Under the pieces are notes generated by a model. It did no database searches and was not told the DNA's origin. It saw nothing but the letters and a program-made list of their open reading frames with translations. From Candidatus Adlerbacteria bacterium (GTDB lineage: Bacteria > Patescibacteriota > Minisyncoccia > Phycocordibacterales > SBAW01), in assembly GCA_026397405.1 (NCBI GenBank), contig JAPLUW010000001.1, forward strand, positions 171,138 through 235,137: 64,000 nucleotides of DNA. The letters are read 5' to 3'. Below, one piece after another: positions 1 to 8,809 of the stretch. A program made the position numbers and the translations under genes. Every line of letters begins with the position of its first letter. Position 1 is the first letter of the stretch.

Positions 1-394
1 TTCCAGGAATTGCAGCGATAGCTTTAATCTCGTCTGCGCTGACATATGTTCCACCAAACACGCCGCCTGCAAAGGCCAAGTGCTCGGGGAACTTTTTGAC
101 AAAGACTGCAAGTTCGCGCGCTGGCGCTAGTTCGTCTTTTCCGTACGCCATAGCAATTTCGCCATCAAGTTCAGGGAACGAGCCTGCAAAATTTGCTGCA
201 TCAAGTGCACGACGGACAAGGGTCTTTTTTGCTACCGTGTAGCCTACGTCCTCCTTGCGCAGCGCACGGCGGAGTTCGGTCTGTTCAGCAACTGTCAGGC
301 TTTTGAACTTTGCAAACACGAGAGTCGACGCATCTCCTATGATGCCGTTCATGCGTTCTACAATTTCTGCCTTTTTTTGTTTTGTAATTGCCAT
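1..394 (-). CDS. rplJ: 50S ribosomal protein uL10 (runs off window start)
   Basis: Manual translation MAITKQKKAEIVERMNG...LRRALRKEDVGYTVAKKTLVRRAL...; ATG at 394; L10 leader upstream. Confidence 0.95.
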   Translation of the reverse strand, partial: MAITKQKKAEIVERMNGIIGDASTLVFAKFKSLTVAEQTELRRALRKEDVGYTVAKKTLVRRALDAANFAGSFPELDGEIAMAYGKDELAPARELAVFVKKFPEHLAFAGGVFGGTYVSADEIKAIAAIPG

Positions 395-445
395 AGGAAA
401 AACCTATTTCTTGTAGTGCCACAGCACCCTCGCGGGACTGTGTAT

Positions 446-528
446 AAGGGCTTTTGAGTTCGACCTCTCGGCAGGAGTTCTTGTGTATTACTTCCCTTTT
501 CGGGAATCCTGCTGTCTTCGCGGCCCTT
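446..528 (-). promoter_or_regulatory. L10 leader (ribosomal protein autoregulatory RNA)
   Basis: GAAGACAGCAGG...CCTGCCGAG core closed by AAGGGC/GCCCTT stem, directly upstream of rplJ. Confidence 0.8.
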
Positions 529-535
529 GTTTTGT

Positions 536-564
536 AGACTACTGGGGTAACGCGACATTGTCAA
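536..564 (-). promoter_or_regulatory. sigma70 promoter for rplJ
   Basis: TTGACA-17 nt-TAGTCT on minus strand just upstream of the leader. Confidence 0.7.
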
Positions 565-681
565 CCGGCCGTGGCTGCCCCTCTGCCACAAACGTGATGA
601 TAGAAAATGCCACTATAATAATCACCAAAAAACCGAAGAGAAACTTGAAAAAAGTCTTCGTAAAATATCGTTCCATGTATG

Positions 682-1356
682 TTACTGGAGCGCAGCAAGA
701 GCCTTCTTCAGGTCGGCATTATTTGGGTTTGCAGTAAGACCCGCTTGCAGTGTTGTTTTTGCACCCGCAGCGTCATGCATGTTGATGTTGTACATCGTTG
801 CCAAATTTAAGTACGCACCAATGTTGTCGGGCTGGAGCAAAATAAGTTTGTTCCAGTAAATTCCCGCCTGTGCATATTGGTGCAGATAATTTTCGTACAA
901 GTCAGCTAAGTTGTTGTACGCAATAGGGTCCTTCGGCCAGCGCTTAGTTGTAAAAATCCAGATTTCTTCTGCACCCGTAAAGTCATTTGCGCCCTTGCGA
1001 AGTGCGGCCAACTGCAGCCAGTACCCAATATGGGTTGGGTCAAACTTCAACTGTGCCACTGCGGTTGCTACCAATTTTTTATTATCATCTTGCACACTTT
1101 GCGGCAAGGTAGAAAGTGGTGTGTATGGCCGGGTTAGGTCAGGCGCTTTAATGCCCGACGTGTCGACAACTCCCCCAACGTGCACTCCCCCGTTCGCGTC
1201 AGTTCCCGTCGGTACTGTTGTAGATGCTGTTCCGCCTGTGTCAGTAGTTGTAGGTGCTATTACTTTGCGTGTGTGGGCTATATATATAGTTGCTGCTATA
1301 GCAATAATAACTACTGTGCCGACTATGCCGTACCATTTCCGTGTTTGTGGTTCCAT
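682..1356 (-). CDS. membrane-anchored TPR-repeat protein
   Basis: N-terminal TM helix; TPR-like motifs AYNNLADLY, AYLNLATMY. Confidence 0.75.
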   Translation of the reverse strand: MEPQTRKWYGIVGTVVIIAIAATIYIAHTRKVIAPTTTDTGGTASTTVPTGTDANGGVHVGGVVDTSGIKAPDLTRPYTPLSTLPQSVQDDNKKLVATAVAQLKFDPTHIGYWLQLAALRKGANDFTGAEEIWIFTTKRWPKDPIAYNNLADLYENYLHQYAQAGIYWNKLILLQPDNIGAYLNLATMYNINMHDAAGAKTTLQAGLTANPNNADLKKALAALQ

Positions 1357-1390
1357 ACATCTATTTTACCCCCTGGAGAACAGAGAGCAA

Positions 1391-3277
1391 CTAGTGCGCT
1401 TGTAGCTCATCAAACCAGAGGTTTGCACCAAGGTCATTGCGATAGCCCGTGGTCGACCAAAGCGCCACTCCGTCAAATTGTGTGCCCGCCGTAAAACCTG
1501 TGTCTACCCATGCACAGTCGGCAACATTGCTGTCATCTTCTAACACACAACTTTGCACAAACGAGGCCCCTTGTCGCCAAGCAACATAATATTGATGCCA
1601 GACATTGTCTACAGGCGCATGATTTAAAAAATTTATTCGCTCTGCGTCCGTACACCCTAGAGCCACGCCTACACACACTGAGATTTGGGGGTCAGGACTA
1701 TTAAAACCACTCCGAGCTTTTACATATACCGTAAATGCACCTGTATCGAGCGCTGGGGGTAGCTCGACATACATACGCGGGATGAGTAGGTCGGTGCTGG
1801 TCGTGCTTAAGAAACCAACAACACACCCGCCGTGGAAACACTCGCCGTCACTACCATCGTCAAATTCAAAATTTCGAACATTACTTCCAAACGTCTGCCA
1901 CCCAAGCAGGTTGAACGAGTCAAATGTGTCCGCAATAGAACTTATCGGCGTAGGTGGTGTCGGTGGTGCTGGCGGGGAGGTTGTTGCGTCTTGAGTGCTC
2001 GATGCCACAGAAGCTAGGTTAGTAGGACTCGGTAGCGCACTCCCTCCAAACACAGGTGTCGATGTTGCTATAAAAGGTGTCGTAGTTGCACTTGTTGTGG
2101 TTGCGCTAGTCGGGACAGGCATTGCTGGACTAGAGGTCGAGCTAGAAATTGCCTCTGATGTAGAAGACGTTGGTGTTTGAACGCTCTCTGGTTCGAGTGC
2201 CATGAGCGCTGCACCTCCCTGAGTTTTGTTTAAGTCGCGGTAACTATTTGTATCAATGCTTGAGCCATACAACTCTTTTACAACAGCAAAATTCTTTTCT
2301 GCATTTTCAGGAGCCGTCGGGTTTACTGCAGGGCCAGACAGCAAACTTGCGACCGAGGTAAACACCGAATCGGCAGCTGCATATCCCGCTTGTGCCATAC
2401 CGGCAGCAGTGTTTACTACAAACACAGCGCTTCGATACGTCGCCACAACACCCGTACGTATAACAGCGGCTGTCGGGTCAGCAACAGCAAAAAGCACGTT
2501 CTGCACTTTGTCTCCAGTACTGATGTCAGGTGGAGCAAAGCAGTCCCCCGTGTCCAAACTAAATGCCGGGATAAGGGTACGTAGCTCCCCAGAAATATCG
2601 GCAATGATTCTATCTTTCGCACCTGCCACATACGCCCCATTAAAAGAATGTCCGGGGAAAAACTCTGTAGTATTTCCTGGCAAAATAGATATATCAATAT
2701 TGGGCGATAGTGGCACTGGCACATGAAGTTTTTGTGCAAGTTGTGCTACCAGCGTTACAAGTACATCATTTTTTGACGTAAGATACATCCCTCCTCCTGC
2801 GGTGTACGATGCAGGAGTTGCCACGTTATACACTCCGAGCGCTTCTCGAGGCTCTCCATGCAAAGTGAGATAGGAGTATAAGGAATTCGCATACAACGTA
2901 CCTTGCGAATGACCTACCAACAAAAGTTTTCGAGTTTTTACCTCTGTATACATTTGTCGTAAAATACTGCGTAGATCGTAGTCAGTAACGGAAGAGTTTA
3001 GGAGTTGAAATGCTGACTGTACCAAATCCCCCACTCCTTCAAGATGAGTAGCGTTATACCCAAGCTCAACAGTTAAAGGTTCTCCGTTTATTTGTTTAGG
3101 CAAAATGTATGCGAGAGTATTTTTATCCGATTGAGCCTCCTGTTCCGTATGGAATATACCGTTCACAAAAATAATACTGTATCCAGTAGCTGAACATGCA
3201 GCCTGAACAATAAAAGGCAGCCCAAAAATCAGGAGGGTGGATAGTACTGTTACAACATACGCGTATCTATATCGCAT
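1391..3277 (-). CDS. secreted protein with alpha/beta-hydrolase-like N-domain, S/T/P linker and Cys-containing C-domain
   Basis: Signal peptide; IIFVNGI and GHSQG nucleophile-elbow motif; low-complexity TTSATT/PPAPPTPP linker. Confidence 0.65.
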   Translation of the reverse strand: MRYRYAYVVTVLSTLLIFGLPFIVQAACSATGYSIIFVNGIFHTEQEAQSDKNTLAYILPKQINGEPLTVELGYNATHLEGVGDLVQSAFQLLNSSVTDYDLRSILRQMYTEVKTRKLLLVGHSQGTLYANSLYSYLTLHGEPREALGVYNVATPASYTAGGGMYLTSKNDVLVTLVAQLAQKLHVPVPLSPNIDISILPGNTTEFFPGHSFNGAYVAGAKDRIIADISGELRTLIPAFSLDTGDCFAPPDISTGDKVQNVLFAVADPTAAVIRTGVVATYRSAVFVVNTAAGMAQAGYAAADSVFTSVASLLSGPAVNPTAPENAEKNFAVVKELYGSSIDTNSYRDLNKTQGGAALMALEPESVQTPTSSTSEAISSSTSSPAMPVPTSATTTSATTTPFIATSTPVFGGSALPSPTNLASVASSTQDATTSPPAPPTPPTPISSIADTFDSFNLLGWQTFGSNVRNFEFDDGSDGECFHGGCVVGFLSTTSTDLLIPRMYVELPPALDTGAFTVYVKARSGFNSPDPQISVCVGVALGCTDAERINFLNHAPVDNVWHQYYVAWRQGASFVQSCVLEDDSNVADCAWVDTGFTAGTQFDGVALWSTTGYRNDLGANLWFDELQAH

Positions 3278-3843
3278 GGGCTATCTTGAAGACTTCCGTA
3301 GCTAGTAGTAAACGAGTAGCTATAGTTTTCCTGTTTTTTGCGAATTTCAGTGTTGAAAACTAAACCCTTGACCTCATTCGTTCGAGACATATATGTTTTA
3401 AAATCTTTTGTTGTCAGACCAATACACGCATCACTTCGCGAATCTTCTTGAGCGGCAGCTTTCCATGTTTCAGTATTAAAAACTTGAGTCAAAAACATTT
3501 GCTGCGCCATGGCCGACTGCAACTCCGCTGCGCGGATTTGAGGAGAGTTGGGGTAGGCTTTAAAAATTGCTAATTCTACGTCATCACGAATGTCGTTGTG
3601 ATTTGTATCAATACCCGCAACTGTTCTGTTATTTGCCTCTACATCTGGTATAGGAGGTAGGTGCTCCCCTACGACATCATCCACGGTAATTTTTTGTGCA
3701 TGAATATGAGCCACGGCAGTGGCGGTTTTTTGCTTCTCCCCTACTGCAGGAATTCGGTATAAAACAAGTCCACTATATAAAAATAGAAGTATGCCGAGAG
3801 GCCAACGAGCGACGAGCCAAAGCTGTAAAAGCCTAGACTTCAC
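3250..3843 (-). CDS. membrane-anchored hypothetical protein with GIDxNxNDIRDDVE motif
   Basis: N-terminal TM; Ca-binding-loop-like DTNHNDIRDD; overlaps start of the downstream gene. Confidence 0.65.
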   Translation of the reverse strand: MKSRLLQLWLVARWPLGILLFLYSGLVLYRIPAVGEKQKTATAVAHIHAQKITVDDVVGEHLPPIPDVEANNRTVAGIDTNHNDIRDDVELAIFKAYPNSPQIRAAELQSAMAQQMFLTQVFNTETWKAAAQEDSRSDACIGLTTKDFKTYMSRTNEVKGLVFNTEIRKKQENYSYSFTTSYGSLQDSPCDIDTRML

Positions 3844-3887
3844 ATAAAAATTGTATCACGCAAAAAAAATGGCTGCGCCCACATACG

Positions 3888-3917
3888 AAAAAGCCCCCTC
3901 GTGAGAGGGGGCTTTTT
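3888..3917. terminator. intrinsic terminator of the S-layer-like gene (bidirectional form)
   Basis: AAAAAGCCCCCTC-GTGA-GAGGGGGCTTTTT. Confidence 0.85.
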
Positions 3918-3947
3918 CTGAGCTGAATCAGCTTACGCTAGGTCGAA

Positions 3948-6900
3948 TTACTTCGAGATAGTGTTGCTGAAGCAGTCCTGACCAAGGCCTGAAGATGCAA
4001 AGCATCCGCCGAGACCGTAGCCGTTTGTCCAGTCATTATTGGTTGTTGGAGTCAACACTGTTGATGTTGATTCTGGTGACCAGATAATGTTGCTTGCCTG
4101 GAGAGTACCTGCTGTTGTCGTAGCCAAGCCATTGCCGTTTGAGACAATGAGTGGGAGAGACGTGTCAGCCTTGAGGAAGGTCGAGACTGAACCTGTCGTG
4201 TTTGTACCTGTAAGGGTAACGTTTGCACGGAGGTTGTAAGTCTTGGTTGTTCCTGCTGCCACAACCGCATCAGACGTGTTCGATGAGCTGTCGAAGTAAA
4301 CTACGAGGTTGTTACCTGCAGTTGTAGTCGCAAGCGTGGTCGAAGCGACGTTACCGTTAGGACCTGTGAAGGTCGGGCTGGTGATCGAAGCTGTCGATGT
4401 GTTGATTGTGAAGGTGAGCTTGTTGAGCGTTACGTCACCCTTTGAGTCCGCACCGACGGTGAGGATCAAGAGAGTTTGTGTACCGCTACCAGCCACAGCG
4501 CCTGTTGTGCTGTATGTGAAGGTTGGGAACGATTTGTAGATCGTTGCACCGTTCACTGCAGTCGTTGCGCTTGAAGGCTGACGATTCTGGCCAGATGCGA
4601 CACCAACACCGTAGGTACCGTTTGTACCAGAGACGTTAGAACCATCGTAGTTGACCTTTATAGTGTCACCTGAAGCTGTCAAAGGACCATTGGTGCTGAT
4701 AGCAGCAATGTCACCCTTGATAACGAGGACACGAGAACCGTTGACCGGGATGCGGAATGCACCCGATGCAATTTGTGACGAAGTTGCATTTGTTCCAGAC
4801 GGGAATACCGCTGTACCAACTTGCGTGTTCGTTGTCTGATCCCACAGAGTGACCTGGTTGTTTACGAGGTCAGTGCGAGTACCGCTCGAAAGCTTAAGAG
4901 CAACCTGGCGGAGGTCAATTGCCTCGTTGGTGCCAGAGAAGCGGATGTGGCCGAGGTCAACACCTGTTGAACCTGCAGATACAATGCCGAAGCTTGGAGT
5001 GCTTGAGTCAAGAGCAACTGTCATAGTACCGCCTGATGATGCCGTCATAAGATTGCCGGCATTTGCAGTAAAGGTACCGTTAACTGTTGAACCGCTCGTA
5101 ACACCTGATGCACCTGCAGTTTCAGTTCCGAGGAAGCCGAACTTGTAGGTACCAGTTACACCGCTGCGTACGTCGCAGTTAAGTGCAAGGGTGACTGTTG
5201 TTCCTTTCGGTACAACGATACCACCGCTGTTGAGCGAGAAGCTTGTGTCTGTACCTGAAGCCGGCACTGTTGCCGAAGACGGGTTGAAGACATGCTGGTC
5301 AGATACGCTGGTTGAACCAGAGTAGAGCTGGCAGTTTGTCAGGTCGTTTGCGCTACCACTCCATGTGTATTCAACAGGGAGAGTTGTGAGGCGCAAATCT
5401 TCGCCAGACGCAGTTGCATCAAGAATGATGTTTGCGAATGTGAATTGGTTTGAACCTGCAATAACTGTCTGTGCAATCGGAACTGATGAGACTGTTACGT
5501 TCAACGCTGCGGCCTTTACTGTCTGCGACGCGCTCGTCAAAGAGCTTGCCGGAGAGATAGTGAGGCTGCGGCCAGTTGTCTGGCCTGTAACGGTTGTCCA
5601 CTGAGTCGACGGAGTTGTCGAAGCCTGGATAGTGTCGTTAGTTACGAAGTTGGTGCCAAGTTTACCCTTCAAGAAGAGCTGAGTTGTTCCAACTGGGATA
5701 GTAACTGTGTCGGTGAAGGTTACGAGAGCGTCAGCTGTTGTGCCACCTGTTGTAGCGTCAACTGGGCCCGCAAGCACTGCGCCATTCTGATTCACGAGCG
5801 AAACGCTTGTGATGTCAGCGTAGGTAGCTGCTGAGCTGCCGGCAGTGATCTGGAAGATCATGCGTCCGACAGTTACCGGTTCACCCTGGTCCTGGACAGA
5901 GAAGCCGCCGAAGATCTGGTTCTGCTGGTTGATAGCAACGTTTCCAGAGGTAACTGCGTTCGAAGTCGAAACAGTTATGATACCTGCTGAAATTGTTGCT
6001 GTGAAGCCAGCGTAGTAAGGATCGTCAGATGATTTAACTGCACCGCAGTATGTACCTGCAGCAACACAAGCGTTTGTTGCGTTTGTGCCAGAGCCGAACG
6101 ACGGCAAGATGCCGTAGCCGTACTGTGCACCAACAACGTTGATGTCAGCTGCCTTCTGGATGTCGAAGACAACAGTTGTAGCAGAACCGTTTGCGATGTC
6201 ACCCTGGATTGCAACATCCTTAGAAAAGCCCTTCTGCATAAGAAGACCTGTTCCTGGGAATTGTGCAGTGTAGTAGTTGTCAGTTGAAACTGTTGTCGGA
6301 TACGACACGCCATCAACTGTAACTACAACATTTGAGAGGTATGACTGAGAAACTGAACCAGTCTGGTGGAAGCGGATTGACTTCACGTATGTGTCTTCCT
6401 GTGATCCTGCTGTAAGGCGGATCGAAGAGAATACATATGCAGTCTGACCTACGTTTTCAGTGTTTGCTGAACCCGGGTCATTTGTACCGCGTGAACCTGT
6501 GACAGTACCAATGAGAGTTGTTGTCTCGTTGATTGTGTCAGCTGCACCGCTGATAGGTAGGGAGCCGCTGTTGACTGCCGCGCTGGTGTTAACCGCAACG
6601 ACAGAGAAGCTTGCGACCTGACCTGCGTAGCCACTTGTAGTACCGCGGTTAGCCGCAACCGTGAAGGTCATCGACGTACCGTTAGGGATAACAACCGGAG
6701 CACCAACCACCGCCTGGTGATTGCTGTTCAAAGTCTTGCTGATGCCAATTTGGTTACCGTTTTGGTCGAGCAACATAACGCCGCTGAAAGCTGCGTCCTG
6801 TGCAATACCATCGCGCTGAACCGTAACGTTGTTAAGCGTTACATCGCCACCTGAAGCAGTGACTGTGAAGCGAGTAAACGGAATACGTGCCGCGTTGTTC

Positions 6901-7361
6901 GGAGCAATGCCATTAGCTGGCTGTGCTGCTGCCGATACCGTTGCAGTACCGTTTGTTCCTGGAGTTGGTGTCGGAGTTGGTGTTGGGGTTGTACCTGCAC
7001 AGAGCGAGTTAAGCTTTGCGCGAGTGACAGGACCAACGTTACCAAGCTGGTCGATACCATTTGCTGCCTGGAACTTCATTACTGCTGCCTTTGTCTTTGC
7101 ACCGAAGTACATAGACTCGAGACCTGGAGAACCTGCACCCGTGCTTGAAACCATAGTGCTTGAAGTCATGTTCAAGAACTGCTGGAGCTTCATAACTTCT
7201 GAATTCGTCACTCCAACTGAGAGTGCCTTTGTCCAGACGTTCGGGCATACAGACGCAGCATGTGCTGGTGTGGCAAGAGCCGTACCAAACATTGCTGCGA
7301 CAATTGCTGCGACACCGAGTGTCAATGCAGCAAGCCGTGTAGAACTCTGAGTAATAGTCAT
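3948..7361 (-). CDS. large secreted surface protein (PG-binding-like domain + beta-rich repeats; S-layer-like)
   Basis: 1137 aa; signal peptide ending PAHAA; LQQFLN...YFGAKTKAAVMKFQAANGI...GNVGPVTRAKLN PGBD-like motif; PT linker; T/S/G/V-rich. Confidence 0.8.
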   Translation of the reverse strand: MTITQSSTRLAALTLGVAAIVAAMFGTALATPAHAASVCPNVWTKALSVGVTNSEVMKLQQFLNMTSSTMVSSTGAGSPGLESMYFGAKTKAAVMKFQAANGIDQLGNVGPVTRAKLNSLCAGTTPTPTPTPTPGTNGTATVSAAAQPANGIAPNNAARIPFTRFTVTASGGDVTLNNVTVQRDGIAQDAAFSGVMLLDQNGNQIGISKTLNSNHQAVVGAPVVIPNGTSMTFTVAANRGTTSGYAGQVASFSVVAVNTSAAVNSGSLPISGAADTINETTTLIGTVTGSRGTNDPGSANTENVGQTAYVFSSIRLTAGSQEDTYVKSIRFHQTGSVSQSYLSNVVVTVDGVSYPTTVSTDNYYTAQFPGTGLLMQKGFSKDVAIQGDIANGSATTVVFDIQKAADINVVGAQYGYGILPSFGSGTNATNACVAAGTYCGAVKSSDDPYYAGFTATISAGIITVSTSNAVTSGNVAINQQNQIFGGFSVQDQGEPVTVGRMIFQITAGSSAATYADITSVSLVNQNGAVLAGPVDATTGGTTADALVTFTDTVTIPVGTTQLFLKGKLGTNFVTNDTIQASTTPSTQWTTVTGQTTGRSLTISPASSLTSASQTVKAAALNVTVSSVPIAQTVIAGSNQFTFANIILDATASGEDLRLTTLPVEYTWSGSANDLTNCQLYSGSTSVSDQHVFNPSSATVPASGTDTSFSLNSGGIVVPKGTTVTLALNCDVRSGVTGTYKFGFLGTETAGASGVTSGSTVNGTFTANAGNLMTASSGGTMTVALDSSTPSFGIVSAGSTGVDLGHIRFSGTNEAIDLRQVALKLSSGTRTDLVNNQVTLWDQTTNTQVGTAVFPSGTNATSSQIASGAFRIPVNGSRVLVIKGDIAAISTNGPLTASGDTIKVNYDGSNVSGTNGTYGVGVASGQNRQPSSATTAVNGATIYKSFPTFTYSTTGAVAGSGTQTLLILTVGADSKGDVTLNKLTFTINTSTASITSPTFTGPNGNVASTTLATTTAGNNLVVYFDSSSNTSDAVVAAGTTKTYNLRANVTLTGTNTTGSVSTFLKADTSLPLIVSNGNGLATTTAGTLQASNIIWSPESTSTVLTPTTNNDWTNGYGLGGCFASSGLGQDCFSNTISK

Positions 7362-7425
7362 ATTTCTAATTCGAACAATTAATAATTACTTGTAATCTTG
7401 CGAATAAAAACGAACCGAAACATTT

Positions 7426-7526
7426 CTACCCGCCACTCTTGTAGCGAGAGTCGGCGCCTCTTGTACCCTCCTTTAGTAAAGGAAGGAGAGGTGCCGCCAC
7501 CCCGCAGAGAGAGTAGCGCTTGGTAG
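7426..7526 (-). ncRNA. long structured hairpin in the putative 5' UTR of the surface-protein gene
   Basis: Nested pairings CTACC/GGTAG, CGCTACTCT/AGAGTGGCG, GGCACCTCT/AGAGGCGCC, CCTTT/AAAGG. Confidence 0.55.
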
Positions 7527-7665
7527 CAAAAAAGAAGTGGGAAACTCAACCATAGCAATCATGAAGGAATAAGGAATTTCTGGAACTGATGATCTCTATA
7601 ACCTGTATATAGAGACGCCACGAGAACGCGATACTTACCGCGCCTTAGCTTGTTTGTCTATTCTG

Positions 7666-7677
7666 TTGTCAATGAAC
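7666..7677 (-). promoter_or_regulatory. boxA-like antitermination site
   Basis: GTTCATTGACAA(CAGAATA) resembles rrn boxA GYTCTTTRAMAA. Confidence 0.45.
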
Positions 7678-7739
7678 ATTCCCTCAGTCTGGCGTTATCT
7701 GTAACTGCCCTGTATGCCGACGTTCAGTCGCTACTTACT

Positions 7740-7769
7740 AGTATAGGGCGGAGAACGCCTAGACTGCAA
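7740..7769 (-). promoter_or_regulatory. candidate sigma70 promoter for the surface-protein gene
   Basis: TTGCAG-18 nt-TATACT on minus strand. Confidence 0.5.
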
Positions 7770-7914
7770 AAATACCCTGTGGACAACAGCGCAAATGAAC
7801 CCCGAGAGGGGCTTGCGGACGTGTATCCAGAGGTAGCACAAAAGTAGCATTTGGGGCTGGTTTGGTCAATTGAAAACCCTTGCAAAAATAAAAAGGCAAA
7901 AACGGACCCATTCC

Positions 7915-8652
7915 TTATATAGGCATGTACACACTCCACCGACGCTCGCCTACTTTTTTTACCAACCCACGCTCTATAAGGACAGCGAGCTCCCGCTGTA
8001 TTGTCTTTTCGCTGCAGCCCCGGACAGCGGCAGAAATGTCCTTTATTGATGAACTTTTCTTACTAATAACAACGTCTAAAACCTTCTGGGTTCGTGCACT
8101 GATGGCCGATATGTCTGTGTCCTTTTGACCTTTAGACTGTCTTTTAAGATTGTCTTTTAGCTCTACATCGGGCAACGTTTTGGAATCAAAACCACGAGCC
8201 TCTGTACCCAGAGAAAGTGGCCCCTGCCCCGCGTCGATGTTTGGGACTGCAAAGTCGCCCGACGACGTAAAAGGCGACGGATGTATGCTTGCCGAAAATC
8301 GCTCCACAACCGTCTCGTACTCGTTCAATAAAATATAAATATTCTCCTTTGCAATAAGACCACTGGTGCCCGCAAGCCGCACCTTCGAAAGCAGCGAAAA
8401 AATATCCGCAACAACAACTGCAGGGTCTACTTCCCCTGCGGCAAAATGCACAATGGTCTGTGGCAGCTCTGCTGCAGAGAGTGCCAGCTTGTATGCCTCT
8501 CCCCTGTCCTTCAGCACACTTTGCTCGGCAAGAACAACAAGCACGTGGGCAATTTTTTCTGACTTCAGATAACAAAAATACCAATCATTTCGTCCTTTAA
8601 AAAGGATTGATTTTAAAGCAAATTCGTGGAATTTTTTTTCAATATCAGACAC
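7915..8652 (-). CDS. protein with C-terminal winged HTH (DeoR-like)
   Basis: SIKDISAAVRGCSEKTIQRELAVLIERGLVKKVGERRWSVY. Confidence 0.75.
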   Translation of the reverse strand: MSDIEKKFHEFALKSILFKGRNDWYFCYLKSEKIAHVLVVLAEQSVLKDRGEAYKLALSAAELPQTIVHFAAGEVDPAVVVADIFSLLSKVRLAGTSGLIAKENIYILLNEYETVVERFSASIHPSPFTSSGDFAVPNIDAGQGPLSLGTEARGFDSKTLPDVELKDNLKRQSKGQKDTDISAISARTQKVLDVVISKKSSSIKDISAAVRGCSEKTIQRELAVLIERGLVKKVGERRWSVYMPI

Positions 8653-8659
8653 AGAGTTT

Positions 8660-8727
8660 GTCTCTTATGCGTCCTTGAAAGTCCTTTAATTTATATAAGA
8701 CTTTTCAAAGACACCGTATGTCTTTGA
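8660..8727. repeat. array of GTCYTT motifs in direct and inverted orientation
   Basis: GTC at 8660, 8671, 8681, 8720; GAC at 8699, 8710; perfect IR TCAAAGACA-5-TGTCTTTGA. Confidence 0.6.
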
Positions 8728-8809
8728 GTATACTCCCGGCCAAAAAGAAAGCAAAAACGTTTCCCCACAACAGGAAACTGGAGGCGCGTGGTAGTATATT
8801 TCTATATCT

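Noticed and set aside
6960-6992. GGAGTTGGTGT-type short repeats
   Set aside because: Encodes the Pro-Thr linker of the surface protein
7778-7786. TTGTCCACA DnaA-box-like site as oriC
   Set aside because: Single mismatched box, no cluster, and no dnaA/dnaN nearby
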